NCBI GenBank assembly: GCA_039588275.1
Contig: JBDHAC010000072.1
Span: 1-20,306 of the forward strand
DNA from: Gemmatimonadota bacterium
Lineage (GTDB): Bacteria > Gemmatimonadota > Gemmatimonadetes > Palauibacterales > Palauibacteraceae
Direction: 5' to 3'
Length of the DNA: 20,306 bases
Part shown: positions 8,503 through 16,466 of the stretch, piece after piece
Layout: every line of letters begins with the position of its first letter
Numbering within the stretch: position 1 is the stretch's first letter
The notes under the pieces: model-generated
Database searches by the model: none
What the model was told of the DNA's origin: nothing
The model's input: the letters and a program-made list of their open reading frames with translations, nothing else
Made by a program: the position numbers and the translations under genes

Positions 8503-11500
8503 GGCGGCGGGCGGCGGGCCGCGCGCTGCCGCTCGCACTCCTCCTGGGCACCGGTGCGAGTCTCGGGGCGTGCGGCGGTGACGCGCCTCCGCCGGAGTGG
8601 GTGGAAGAGGACGGGTACCGGTGGCGACCGCTCTCTGTCCAGGGTCGCACGGCGGGCTTCTCTCGCGTCGATGCTCCACGGGCAGGGATCTCGTTCCGGT
8701 ACGAGATATCGGAGGAGCTCCGGCTGGACAACCGCATCCTGGCGGAGGGAGGCGGGGTCGCGCTCGGCGACGTGGATCGGGACGGGCTCCCCGACCTCTT
8801 CTTCGCGGGCGTGGCGGGCCAAAGCGCCCTGTACCGCAACCTGGGCGGGTGGCGCTTCGAGGACGTGACACAGGTTGCCGGCCCGCATCTAGGCGGGGTC
8901 ACGGCTCGGGGTGCCGCTTTCGCCGACGTGGACGGCGATGGCGACCTGGACCTGGTGGTCACCGTCCACGGCGCTCGAAACCGCCTCTTTCTGAACGATG
9001 GCGCCGGGGCCTTCGTCGAGCGCGCCGATGCCGGGTTCGAAGTGGAGGCAGGCAGCACGACGCCGACCCTCGCCGACGCGGACGGGGACGGCGACCTGGA
9101 CCTGTACGTCGCGAACTACAAGACCCGGCAGGCCGACGACCTGTTCTCCCCCGCGCAGCGCTCCTTCGACCGCCTCAGACCCGATGAGACCGGGGAGGTT
9201 CGGCTCCCCCCCGAGCTGGAGGGACATTATCGGATAGAGGTCGAGGGGACGGTCGTCAGACGCTGGGAGCTGGGCGAGCACGACGAATTCTACCTGAACG
9301 ATGGGAGCGGCCGGTTCGAGCGCGTCGAGTTCGCGGGCGGCCGCTTCCTGGACGAAGCGGGCGAACCGCTGGGCGCCTCGCCGAAGGACTGGGGACTCAG
9401 CGCGCGATTTTACGACTGGGACGTGGACGGAGACGCCGATCTGTACGTGGCGAACGACTTCTCGAGTCCGGATCACGTGTGGCTGAACGAGGGCGACGGC
9501 GCCTTCCGGACAGCGCCCGCGATCGCGATCCGTACCACCAGCCTTTCGTCCATGACCGTCGAGTTCTCCGATCTGGACCGGGACGGCGATGTGGACCTGC
9601 TCACCACCGACATGCTGGCGCGGGATCGAGGGCGCCGTTTGATGCAGGTGCCGAGCGTCATGCCGGACCCGGTCGCGCCGGGGGAGATCGATCCGCGCCC
9701 GCAGGTGAACCGCAACACTCTGCAACTGAACCGGGGGGACGGGACGTTCGCCGAAGTCGCGTGGGCGGCCGGCCTCGCGGCGTCGGACTGGACCTGGGGG
9801 GCGCTGTTTCAGGATGTGGACCTGGATGGGTACGAGGATCTGCTCGTCACGACCGGGCACGTCTGGGATCAGCTGGATGCGGACACGCACGCGCGCCTGC
9901 GGGCGGCCCCGGGCGCGGTGGACTGGCGGCGTGAGCTCAGCGCCTTCCCGGACCTTCCGCAGCCCAACGCCGCGTTCCGAAACCGCGGGGATGCCACCTT
10001 CGAGGATGTCAGCGACGCCTGGGGGTTCGGGACGGAGCCCGACATCTCGCACGGCATCGCGTCGGCGGATCTGGATGGCGATGGGGACCGGGACGTGGTG
10101 GTCACGCGCTATGGGGATCCGCCGGCCGTGTATCGAAACGACTCAGGCGGCGCGCGCGTGGCGGTCCGCCTGACCGGTCGGCCACCCAACACCGGGGGGG
10201 TGGGCGCCCGCGTTCGTCTCCTCGGGCACCCTGCGGGCGGCCAGCAGAAACAGGTCACGGCCGGTGGTCTGTATCTCTCATCCGGGGATGGCTCCGTCAC
10301 GTTCGCCGCGGGCGGCGACGAACCGCTGGAGCTGATCGTGGAGTGGCCGGGCGGGCGTCAGACCCGGATCACCGACGTCAGGCCGAACCGGCTGTACGAG
10401 GTCGCGCAGGGCGAGTCACCGGAGCGAGAAGAACCGGCATCCGGGGGCGAGACCGCGCTCACACACTTCGTCGACGAATCCGCGAGCCTCGGGCACGTCC
10501 ACGTCGACGCGCCGTTCGACGATGCGTTCCGCCAGCCGCTGCTCCCCAATCGCCTGAGCCAGCTCGGCCCCGGCGTCACGTGGCTGGATGTGGACGGCGA
10601 CGGCGACCCGGACCTGGTCATCCCGGCCGGGCGCGGGGGGCGGCTGGCCTACTACCGGAACGATGCGGGGACGCTCCGACGGGTAGAGGTGAGCCGGAGT
10701 GACGCCGGATGGGATGAGGCGGCATGGGACCAGACGACCGTGCTCGGACTCCCTGCGGATCCCGGCGGCTCGGTCGCGGCCGCCGCCGCTGCCACCGGTG
10801 CACGGCATGATCTCCTCGTCGGACAGATGTCGTACGAGGCGGGGTCGCCCGCGGAGGCTTTCGACATTCCCGCGGTCGTGCGTTTGTCACTTCCTGGGGC
10901 AAGGGCGGGGTTTGGGGAGCCGGTCGTCCCCGGTGACCGCGGCGCGGCCGGGCCCCTCGCCCAGGCCGACGTGGACGGGGACGGCGACCTCGATCTGTTC
11001 GTGGGTGGCCGGGTGATTCCGGTCGCGTATCCGATCGCGGCGACCTCCCGCCTCCTTCGTAACGAAAACGGCCGCTTCTTCAGTGACTCGGCGCTCTCGG
11101 CCCCCTTCGTCGACATCGGACTCGTATCCGCGGCCGCCTTCTCGGATCTCGATCTGGACGGTGATCCGGATCTCGCGCTCGCTACCGAGTGGGGCCCCGT
11201 GCGGGTCCTTCGCAACGAGGGCGGGGCGTTCACCGACGTGACGGACGAGCTCGGCCTCGGCGAAGCGCTCGGTCGCTGGAACGGGGTAACGGCCGGCGAT
11301 CTGAATGCGGATGGGTATCCCGATATCGTGGCCACGGGGTGGGGAAGCAACACCGAGCATGCGGAGCACGGCGACCGCTACACGCTCGTGTACGGGGACG
11401 TGGATCGGAACGGCACTCTGGATCTGGTCGAAGCCGTGCCCTCCGCGGCCGGGGCACTGCGGCCGCTCGCCCGGCTGGACCAATTGGGGCGGGGGATTCC

Positions 11501-12248
11501 GTTCCTGCAGCGGCGACCCGGGGGACACGCGGATTTCGCGATGGCCAGCCTGGATGATCTTTTCGGCGAGGCCCTCGCTCGGGCACGCCGGCTCGAGATC
11601 CGCACGCTCCAGCACGCAGTTTTCGTGAACCGCCGGACGCACTTCGAGGCCGTCCGGCTCCCGGCCGAGGCGCAACTCGCGCCCGCGTTCCACGTCGGCG
11701 TTTCGGACCTGGATGGAGATGGGTTCGAGGACGTGTTCCTGGGGCAGAACTTCTTTCCGGTCCGGCGGGGAACTCCTCGCTACGATGCTGGCCGCGGCCT
11801 GTGGCTACGCGGCGACGCGCGCGGGGCGCTGACGGCCGTCCCTGGCCAGGTCTCGGGGATCATGGTGTACGGAGACGCGAGAGGCGCGGCCTTCGCGGAC
11901 TACGATCGAGACGGACGCGTCGACCTCGCCGTAGCTCAGAACGGGGCGACGACGAAGCTGTACCGGAACCTCGGGGCGACGCCGGGAGTCAGGATTCGCC
12001 TGGCGGGACCTCCCGAGAATCCACAGGCGATCGGCGCCAGCGTGCGACTGGTCTATGAGGACGGGGCAGGGCCACTCCGCGAGGTGCGGTCCGGGGGCGG
12101 ATACTGGTCACGCGATGAGGCGGTACAGACGCTGGGTCTCCGCGGTCGCCCGACGGCGCTCCGCGTCCGCTGGCCCGACGGCCGGACGACCGAGGTGCCC
12201 GTGGATCCCGGCGCCTCGGAGATTCGCCTCTCAGCTCCGGACCGCTAG
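8499..12248 (+). CDS. Large lipoprotein with FG-GAP/VCBS repeats and two ASPIC/UnbV domains (CRTAC1-like), copy 2
   Basis: Colinear paralog of 4593-8462, sharing NTLQLNRGDGT, SDWTWGALF, RQPLLPxRLSQLGPGV and PRYDAGR. Signal peptide MRRRAAGRALPLALLLGTGASLGA-C has a lipobox. Two ...VEWPGG / VRWPDG ASPIC ends. Confidence 0.9.
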   Translation: MRRRAAGRALPLALLLGTGASLGACGGDAPPPEWVEEDGYRWRPLSVQGRTAGFSRVDAPRAGISFRYEISEELRLDNRILAEGGGVALGDVDRDGLPDLFFAGVAGQSALYRNLGGWRFEDVTQVAGPHLGGVTARGAAFADVDGDGDLDLVVTVHGARNRLFLNDGAGAFVERADAGFEVEAGSTTPTLADADGDGDLDLYVANYKTRQADDLFSPAQRSFDRLRPDETGEVRLPPELEGHYRIEVEGTVVRRWELGEHDEFYLNDGSGRFERVEFAGGRFLDEAGEPLGASPKDWGLSARFYDWDVDGDADLYVANDFSSPDHVWLNEGDGAFRTAPAIAIRTTSLSSMTVEFSDLDRDGDVDLLTTDMLARDRGRRLMQVPSVMPDPVAPGEIDPRPQVNRNTLQLNRGDGTFAEVAWAAGLAASDWTWGALFQDVDLDGYEDLLVTTGHVWDQLDADTHARLRAAPGAVDWRRELSAFPDLPQPNAAFRNRGDATFEDVSDAWGFGTEPDISHGIASADLDGDGDRDVVVTRYGDPPAVYRNDSGGARVAVRLTGRPPNTGGVGARVRLLGHPAGGQQKQVTAGGLYLSSGDGSVTFAAGGDEPLELIVEWPGGRQTRITDVRPNRLYEVAQGESPEREEPASGGETALTHFVDESASLGHVHVDAPFDDAFRQPLLPNRLSQLGPGVTWLDVDGDGDPDLVIPAGRGGRLAYYRNDAGTLRRVEVSRSDAGWDEAAWDQTTVLGLPADPGGSVAAAAAATGARHDLLVGQMSYEAGSPAEAFDIPAVVRLSLPGARAGFGEPVVPGDRGAAGPLAQADVDGDGDLDLFVGGRVIPVAYPIAATSRLLRNENGRFFSDSALSAPFVDIGLVSAAAFSDLDLDGDPDLALATEWGPVRVLRNEGGAFTDVTDELGLGEALGRWNGVTAGDLNADGYPDIVATGWGSNTEHAEHGDRYTLVYGDVDRNGTLDLVEAVPSAAGALRPLARLDQLGRGIPFLQRRPGGHADFAMASLDDLFGEALARARRLEIRTLQHAVFVNRRTHFEAVRLPAEAQLAPAFHVGVSDLDGDGFEDVFLGQNFFPVRRGTPRYDAGRGLWLRGDARGALTAVPGQVSGIMVYGDARGAAFADYDRDGRVDLAVAQNGATTKLYRNLGATPGVRIRLAGPPENPQAIGASVRLVYEDGAGPLREVRSGGGYWSRDEAVQTLGLRGRPTALRVRWPDGRTTEVPVDPGASEIRLSAPDR

Positions 12249-12298
12249 GCAACTCCCGGTCGACGTTCCACCACGAATGGGGAAGACCCGTTCCGGTA

Positions 12299-13468
12299 TC
12301 ATCCGATGAGCGCGCGGGCGAGCCAGGCCACCCCGAGACCGGCGTACGTGCCGACCGCATAACCCAGTAGACCGACCGCGACTCCGGGCAGGGCCAGCCG
12401 GGGCCACTCGCGCGCCATGGCCAGGGCGAGCGCGCTCGAAGGACCACCCACCGCGGCCTGTGATGCCACCGACGCACTACCCACATCCAGACGCGCCAGC
12501 CACGCGCCCCCATACACCACGAAACCGTGAATGAGGACGACGAGCGCGGTGATGTAGAGCACCTCGGGCCCCACCCTGAGGATCTCATCCACGCGCGATC
12601 CGATCCCGATCACGACGAAGAACAGGTGGAGCGCGAGGTAGCCCAGCGGCAACGCGCCGTGTAGCGATCGCACCGCCGGGAGCTGGGCGACGGCGAGGGA
12701 GAGCGACGTCAGCCACAGGATCTCGGGAATCGCGGGAACCCAGACATGCAAACCGGCGGAAGCTTGGAGAATCAGGAAGCCGAGAGCGAGCAGGATCGCC
12801 AGGTCCGTGATCCGGAGATCGGCGCCCGCGAGCGGTGAGCTGGCGGCTTCTGGGTTCTTGGTTTCCTCGCCGGGCTGAGCAGAACGCCCGTCCGAGGCGT
12901 CTCGTGCGGCACGACCCGGGATCGGCCGAAAGCGCTTCCCGAGCCAGAGCGGGAGCAGGAGCGTGGCACCCATCCATATCCCGGTGAGCAGCGCGTCGGC
13001 TGCCGCGGCTGCCGAGAACAGCGAAGTCGGCAGCTCCACCGCACGGCCGACCGATACGAAGTTGAGGCTCCCCCCCGAGTAGGTCCCGGTGAGCACACCC
13101 GCGAGCCGCCAAACGTCGCCGTCGAAGGCTCCGGCGAAGGCGAGCGCCGCGACCAGCGCCCCCACGGCGGTACCGAGCGTAGCCAACGCGAACGCCCCCA
13201 GCATGCGCGGCCCGGCGGCACGCAGGTCCGCGACGCGAACCCCGAACAGGAGCCACGCGATCGCGAGCGAGGTGACGGGGCCGAATATCCCGTCGTACAC
13301 GGGCGAAGCGGCCGGGACGACTCCGAGGTTGGAGAGTACGGCGCCGAACGCGAGGACGAGCAACGCCGAGCTGACTTTCGCCGCCCATGAATAGCGTCGA
13401 TCGAGCCACAGCCCGAGTGCGGTGACGACCGCGATGACGGTCGCTATGCCCAGGGGGTTGGCAATCAT
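12299..13468 (-). CDS. DUF819 family multi-pass membrane protein (putative transporter)
   Basis: 389 aa with about 10 hydrophobic segments. Family-type motifs GTYSGGSLNFVSV, FFVVIG, VASQAAVGGPSSALALA and GLLGYAVGTYAG. Confidence 0.8.
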   Translation of the reverse strand: MIANPLGIATVIAVVTALGLWLDRRYSWAAKVSSALLVLAFGAVLSNLGVVPAASPVYDGIFGPVTSLAIAWLLFGVRVADLRAAGPRMLGAFALATLGTAVGALVAALAFAGAFDGDVWRLAGVLTGTYSGGSLNFVSVGRAVELPTSLFSAAAAADALLTGIWMGATLLLPLWLGKRFRPIPGRAARDASDGRSAQPGEETKNPEAASSPLAGADLRITDLAILLALGFLILQASAGLHVWVPAIPEILWLTSLSLAVAQLPAVRSLHGALPLGYLALHLFFVVIGIGSRVDEILRVGPEVLYITALVVLIHGFVVYGGAWLARLDVGSASVASQAAVGGPSSALALAMAREWPRLALPGVAVGLLGYAVGTYAGLGVAWLARALIG

Positions 13469-13685
13469 CGGCGCCGCACGCTCCTCACGAGTACGTGATC
13501 ACTCCGCGTCCGGAGGGCGAGATACGCCACTCACCGGACGGCCCGAGTATCGGTGATCGTACTTGCCGTTTGGTCATTCTTTGCACACGCACCTGGTAGT
13601 CCCTGCGGTGTGCACGAAGGTCAGTGGTCGTTTAAAGTGCAATCGTGTCAACGGCTTACGATCAGCAACCGAGTACCGAACAGCC

Positions 13686-13701
13686 GGGCACCGGGCTTGC
13701 C
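13686..13701 (+). promoter_or_regulatory. Putative sigma54 (RpoN) -24/-12 promoter of PilX-like gene 1
   Basis: gGGCACcgggcTTGCc, with GG at 13687-13688 and GC at 13699-13700 separated by exactly 10 nt. It matches TGGCAC-N5-TTGC apart from the first T and lies about 50 nt before the ATG at 13750. Confidence 0.7.
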
Positions 13702-13749
13702 CCTAAGAGGCGCGTCGTCAGCTGTCATGACTTTTGGAGAGTTAATGGT

Positions 13750-14916
13750 ATGCGTGGAATGGTCCGTTACCCCCATCAACGGTCGGAGCAATCGGGGCTC
13801 GAGGCGTCGGCCCGCGATCCCCTGAAGCTCCGAGAGGCCCGGCGGGGCGAGTCGGGCTTCGCCCTCGCCGCGGTGCTCCTGGCGCTGATCGCGCTCACCG
13901 CGATCGCGACGGCCGGGCACCTGCACTCGAACACCGACTATCGCATCAACCAGAATCACCGCGCCAGCGTGAAGGCCTTCTACGTTGCGGATGCCGCTCG
14001 ATCCCAGTTCATGGGACGGGGGCGAGTCTGGACGGACACGGTCACCTACAACTACACGGATGGGACCGCTCGTGTGTGGCTGGACACGTTGCTGGCCGTG
14101 GATGATTCCTCGACGCTTTACAGGCTTAACACCGTCGGATCGCATAGCTCTCCGGAGGGTGGCCTGGCCGCTAGGCACTTGAGCTCGGTCCTGCTGCACA
14201 AGGTGGCGGGGTTCTCCGTTAACGCCGCGATCACCTCTCCGCCTGGGCTGCAGAAGAACGGTGTGGCGGGCGACGTGGATGGCCACGATGCGGCCACGCT
14301 TGGCTCGTGCTCGGTCGCGGGCAGCGAGGACGTGGCCGGCATCGCGCTGCCACAGGGGACGTTCACGATGGCCGGTGGCGGGAAGGGTGGCGGCGGCGGT
14401 CCCTGGCCCCCCGGCGTGACCGGCAACCCCGCGATCGACAGCACACAGACGGCCATGCAGCTCCTGCTCGACACCGGGATCGACTGGCAGGGTATCCTGG
14501 ACGGGAGCTTCGCGCAGGCCGACTTCGTGGTCTCTCAGGACGGGTATCCGAGCTTCGCGGCCGATGTGGACGTAGACGAATGGCCGCTGATCGTCGCGGA
14601 CTACGACTATTTTGCGGCGGGCCCGGGTCACAGCGGGCGCGGAACGCTGGCGACCGCCGGCGATCTGGACATCAACGGGAATTTCCACTGGGACGGGTTG
14701 ATCCTGGTCGGCGGCACGCTCACCAGCAACGGCGTCGAGACGGTGCAGGGCGCCGTGGTCACGGGTCTCAACCTCCTGCTGGGCGGCTCCGCCGGCCAGA
14801 CGGATCTGGGCAATGGCACGTGGATCTACGCCTACCACTCCTGCAACGTGCTGAACGCGCTCGGCGCGATCGGGTGGCCGGTCGAAGAGCCGGGAACCTG
14901 GTTCGAGGCGATGTAG
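13750..14916 (+). CDS. PilX-like type IV minor pilin / pilus assembly protein (class III signal peptide), copy 1
   Basis: Prepilin cleavage site RRGESG|FALAAVLLALIALTAIATAG with non-Glu at +5, as in PilX/GspK-type pilins. The PilX-N-like AFYVADAA follows. The C-terminal region has GRGTL..GDLDINGNFHWDGLILVGG. GGAG RBS at 13736-13739 supports the ATG at 13750 over the ORF-track start at 13645. Confidence 0.8.
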   Translation: MRGMVRYPHQRSEQSGLEASARDPLKLREARRGESGFALAAVLLALIALTAIATAGHLHSNTDYRINQNHRASVKAFYVADAARSQFMGRGRVWTDTVTYNYTDGTARVWLDTLLAVDDSSTLYRLNTVGSHSSPEGGLAARHLSSVLLHKVAGFSVNAAITSPPGLQKNGVAGDVDGHDAATLGSCSVAGSEDVAGIALPQGTFTMAGGGKGGGGGPWPPGVTGNPAIDSTQTAMQLLLDTGIDWQGILDGSFAQADFVVSQDGYPSFAADVDVDEWPLIVADYDYFAAGPGHSGRGTLATAGDLDINGNFHWDGLILVGGTLTSNGVETVQGAVVTGLNLLLGGSAGQTDLGNGTWIYAYHSCNVLNALGAIGWPVEEPGTWFEAM

Positions 14917-15154
14917 GGTTCCGAATTGAGCCGCCCCCCCGTCAATCGTCTGACCCGTCCTTCCGGCGCCTTCTGGCGCTCCAGATAACGCGCGCCGTGG
15001 CTCGGGCTTGGACGGTCGGGGATCCCATGAGCAAAGCCCTGCGCGGGTTGCTTGCAAAGTGCAACCCGGACCCTGGTGAAAATATGCAACACGCCACCCC
15101 TGTCGATCTGTGTAACGCCATTGTTCACAGCGGATTAGGGTTGATGAGCCAATC

Positions 15155-15170
15155 GGGAACCGGCCTTGCC
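15155..15170 (+). promoter_or_regulatory. Putative sigma54 (RpoN) -24/-12 promoter of PilX-like gene 2
   Basis: gGGAACcggccTTGCc, with GG at 15156-15157 and GC at 15168-15169, 10-nt spacer. It is nearly identical to the element before copy 1 (CGGG[C/A]ACCGG[G/C]CTTGCCC). GGAGG RBS lies just before the ATG at 15209. Confidence 0.68.
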
Positions 15171-15208
15171 CTAGCTTAACATCGACGCACACTGTTGGGA
15201 GGCAGACG

Positions 15209-16320
15209 ATGAGGGGTTCGAACATTCGAGACATACCGGATCGCGCGCAGGGCGGCTTCGCGCTCGCGATCGTACTGCTGGCTCTGCTGGGCCTCTCGGC
15301 GCTCGCGACGGCCGGGTACCTGAGCTCGAATACGGACTATCGGATCAATCAGAACCACCGCGCGAGTCTGAAGGCCTTCTACGTGTCGGATGCCGCGCGC
15401 TCGCACTACATGGGGCGCGGAAAGCTCCGCAGCGACACGATCACCTACTCATACGCGGACGGCGCCGCCGACGTGTGGACGGAGCAGCTGATCTCGGTCG
15501 ACGACTCGTCGACGCTGTATCGCCTCGTTTCGGACGGGAGACACAACTCTCCCGAGGGCGGACGAGCGAACCGCCAGACCAGTTCGGTCGTGCTCCACAA
15601 GGTGGCCAGCATCTCGGTGAACGCCGCCGTGACGGCGATCGGCGGGCTCGTCAAGAACGGCACCTCCGGATCCGTCGACGGAAACGACGCGGCGCCGAAC
15701 AACAGCTGTCCTGTCGCTCAAACCGAAGCGCTCGCCGGTCTCCAGGTACCACCCGCCGGTTTCAGTCACAACGGCGGCGGCAAGGGCAAGGGCGGAACAC
15801 CCAGCGGATTCTACGGGAATCCCGGCATCGACAGCACGACCGCAGCCATGCAGTTGGTGAACGACCTGGGCATCGATTGGCAGGGGATCCTGGACGGAAA
15901 CTTCGCGCAGGCGGACTACACGCTATCGCACGACGGGTATCCCAACTTCTCCAGCGATGTCGCTACGGAGGATTGGCCGCTGATCTGCCGCTGATCTTGA
16001 TCGATGCCGATGACTACGCAGTCGGCCCTGGGCACAGCGGGCGGGGAACGCTGGTCTTCCAGGGTGCCGCCGAGTTCAACGGCGCCTTCGCGTGGGAGGG
16101 GCTGATCCTGATCGGTGACGAGTTCACCTCGAACGGGAACCAGGACATCGATGGAGCGGTCGTTGCCGGCCTCAATCTCATGCTCGGGGTTAGCCCGCAA
16201 CCGGTCGATTTGGGCAACGGGACGTGGGCGATCGCCTACCACTCCTGCAACGTCCTGAACGCGCTCAAGGGGATCGGGTGGCCGGTTGATGAGCCCGGCA
16301 CCTGGCACGAGATCTTCTAG
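15209..16320 (+). pseudogene. PilX-like type IV minor pilin, copy 2, frameshifted by an 11-bp tandem duplication (or sequencing/assembly error)
   Basis: The N-terminal part 15209-15994 (RAQGG|FALAIVLLALLGLSALATAG...DWPLICR*) and the C-terminal part in the 15475-16320 frame (LIDADDYAVGPGHSGRG...EPGTWHEIF) both align to copy 1. GCCGCTGATCT is repeated twice at 15976-15997. Removing one copy restores a 366-aa ORF. Confidence 0.85.
15976..15997 (+). repeat. Perfect 11-bp tandem duplication GCCGCTGATCT x2
   Basis: ...gattg gccgctgatct gccgctgatct tgatcgat... read directly from the sequence. Confidence 0.95.
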
Positions 16321-16430
16321 CACGGGGCGGAGACGCTTCCTCGGTGTGATGAGGCGCCGACGTCGGCCTCCCGACAGGGCGTCACTCCCGGTCTCTGCTC
16401 CCGAAGCTGACCGGTTCCCGATGCCGGTTG

Positions 16431-16450
16431 TCGGGGCCACCACGCCCCGA
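16431..16450. terminator. GC-rich hairpin between convergent genes, possible weak terminator
   Basis: TCGGGGC-caccac-GCCCCGA, a 7-bp stem. There is no good U-tract on either strand. Confidence 0.3.
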
Positions 16451-16466
16451 GCCGCTTTGACGGTGG

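Noticed and set aside
5938..11820. Several RGD tripeptides in the two FG-GAP proteins (LNRGDGT, HNRGDST, LNRGDRF, RNRGDAT, LRGDARG) suggesting integrin binding
   Set aside because: They fall at the N-x-G-D-G-T-F turn of the FG-GAP/VCBS repeat consensus, so they are expected by-products and not evidence for host-integrin binding.
4593..12248. Enediyne biosynthetic cluster suggested by the UnbV domain name
   Set aside because: There is no polyketide synthase, thioesterase or other enediyne cassette gene nearby, and ASPIC/UnbV proteins are widespread outside such clusters.
13645..13749. ORF-track N-terminal extension of PilX-like copy 1
   Set aside because: It would run through the sigma54 promoter. 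The ATG at 13750 has an RBS and gives a more plausible prepilin leader.
15001..15070. GCAAAGCC resembling part of a c-di-GMP-I riboswitch upstream of a pilus gene
   Set aside because: It lacks the upstream GGCAAA...GAAA tetraloop stem and lies upstream of the predicted promoter, so it would not be in the transcript leader.
13648..15234. 528-aa antisense ORF over PilX-like copy 1, and similar long shadow ORFs (18469-20067, 8889-10052, 15916-16989, 18365-19381)
   Set aside because: They overlap well-supported genes, have no recognisable motifs, and are typical stop-poor frames of high-GC DNA.
15475..16320. 281-aa ORF as an independent gene
   Set aside because: Only the part after ~15990 resembles copy 1. 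The upstream part is off-frame sequence of the frameshifted gene.
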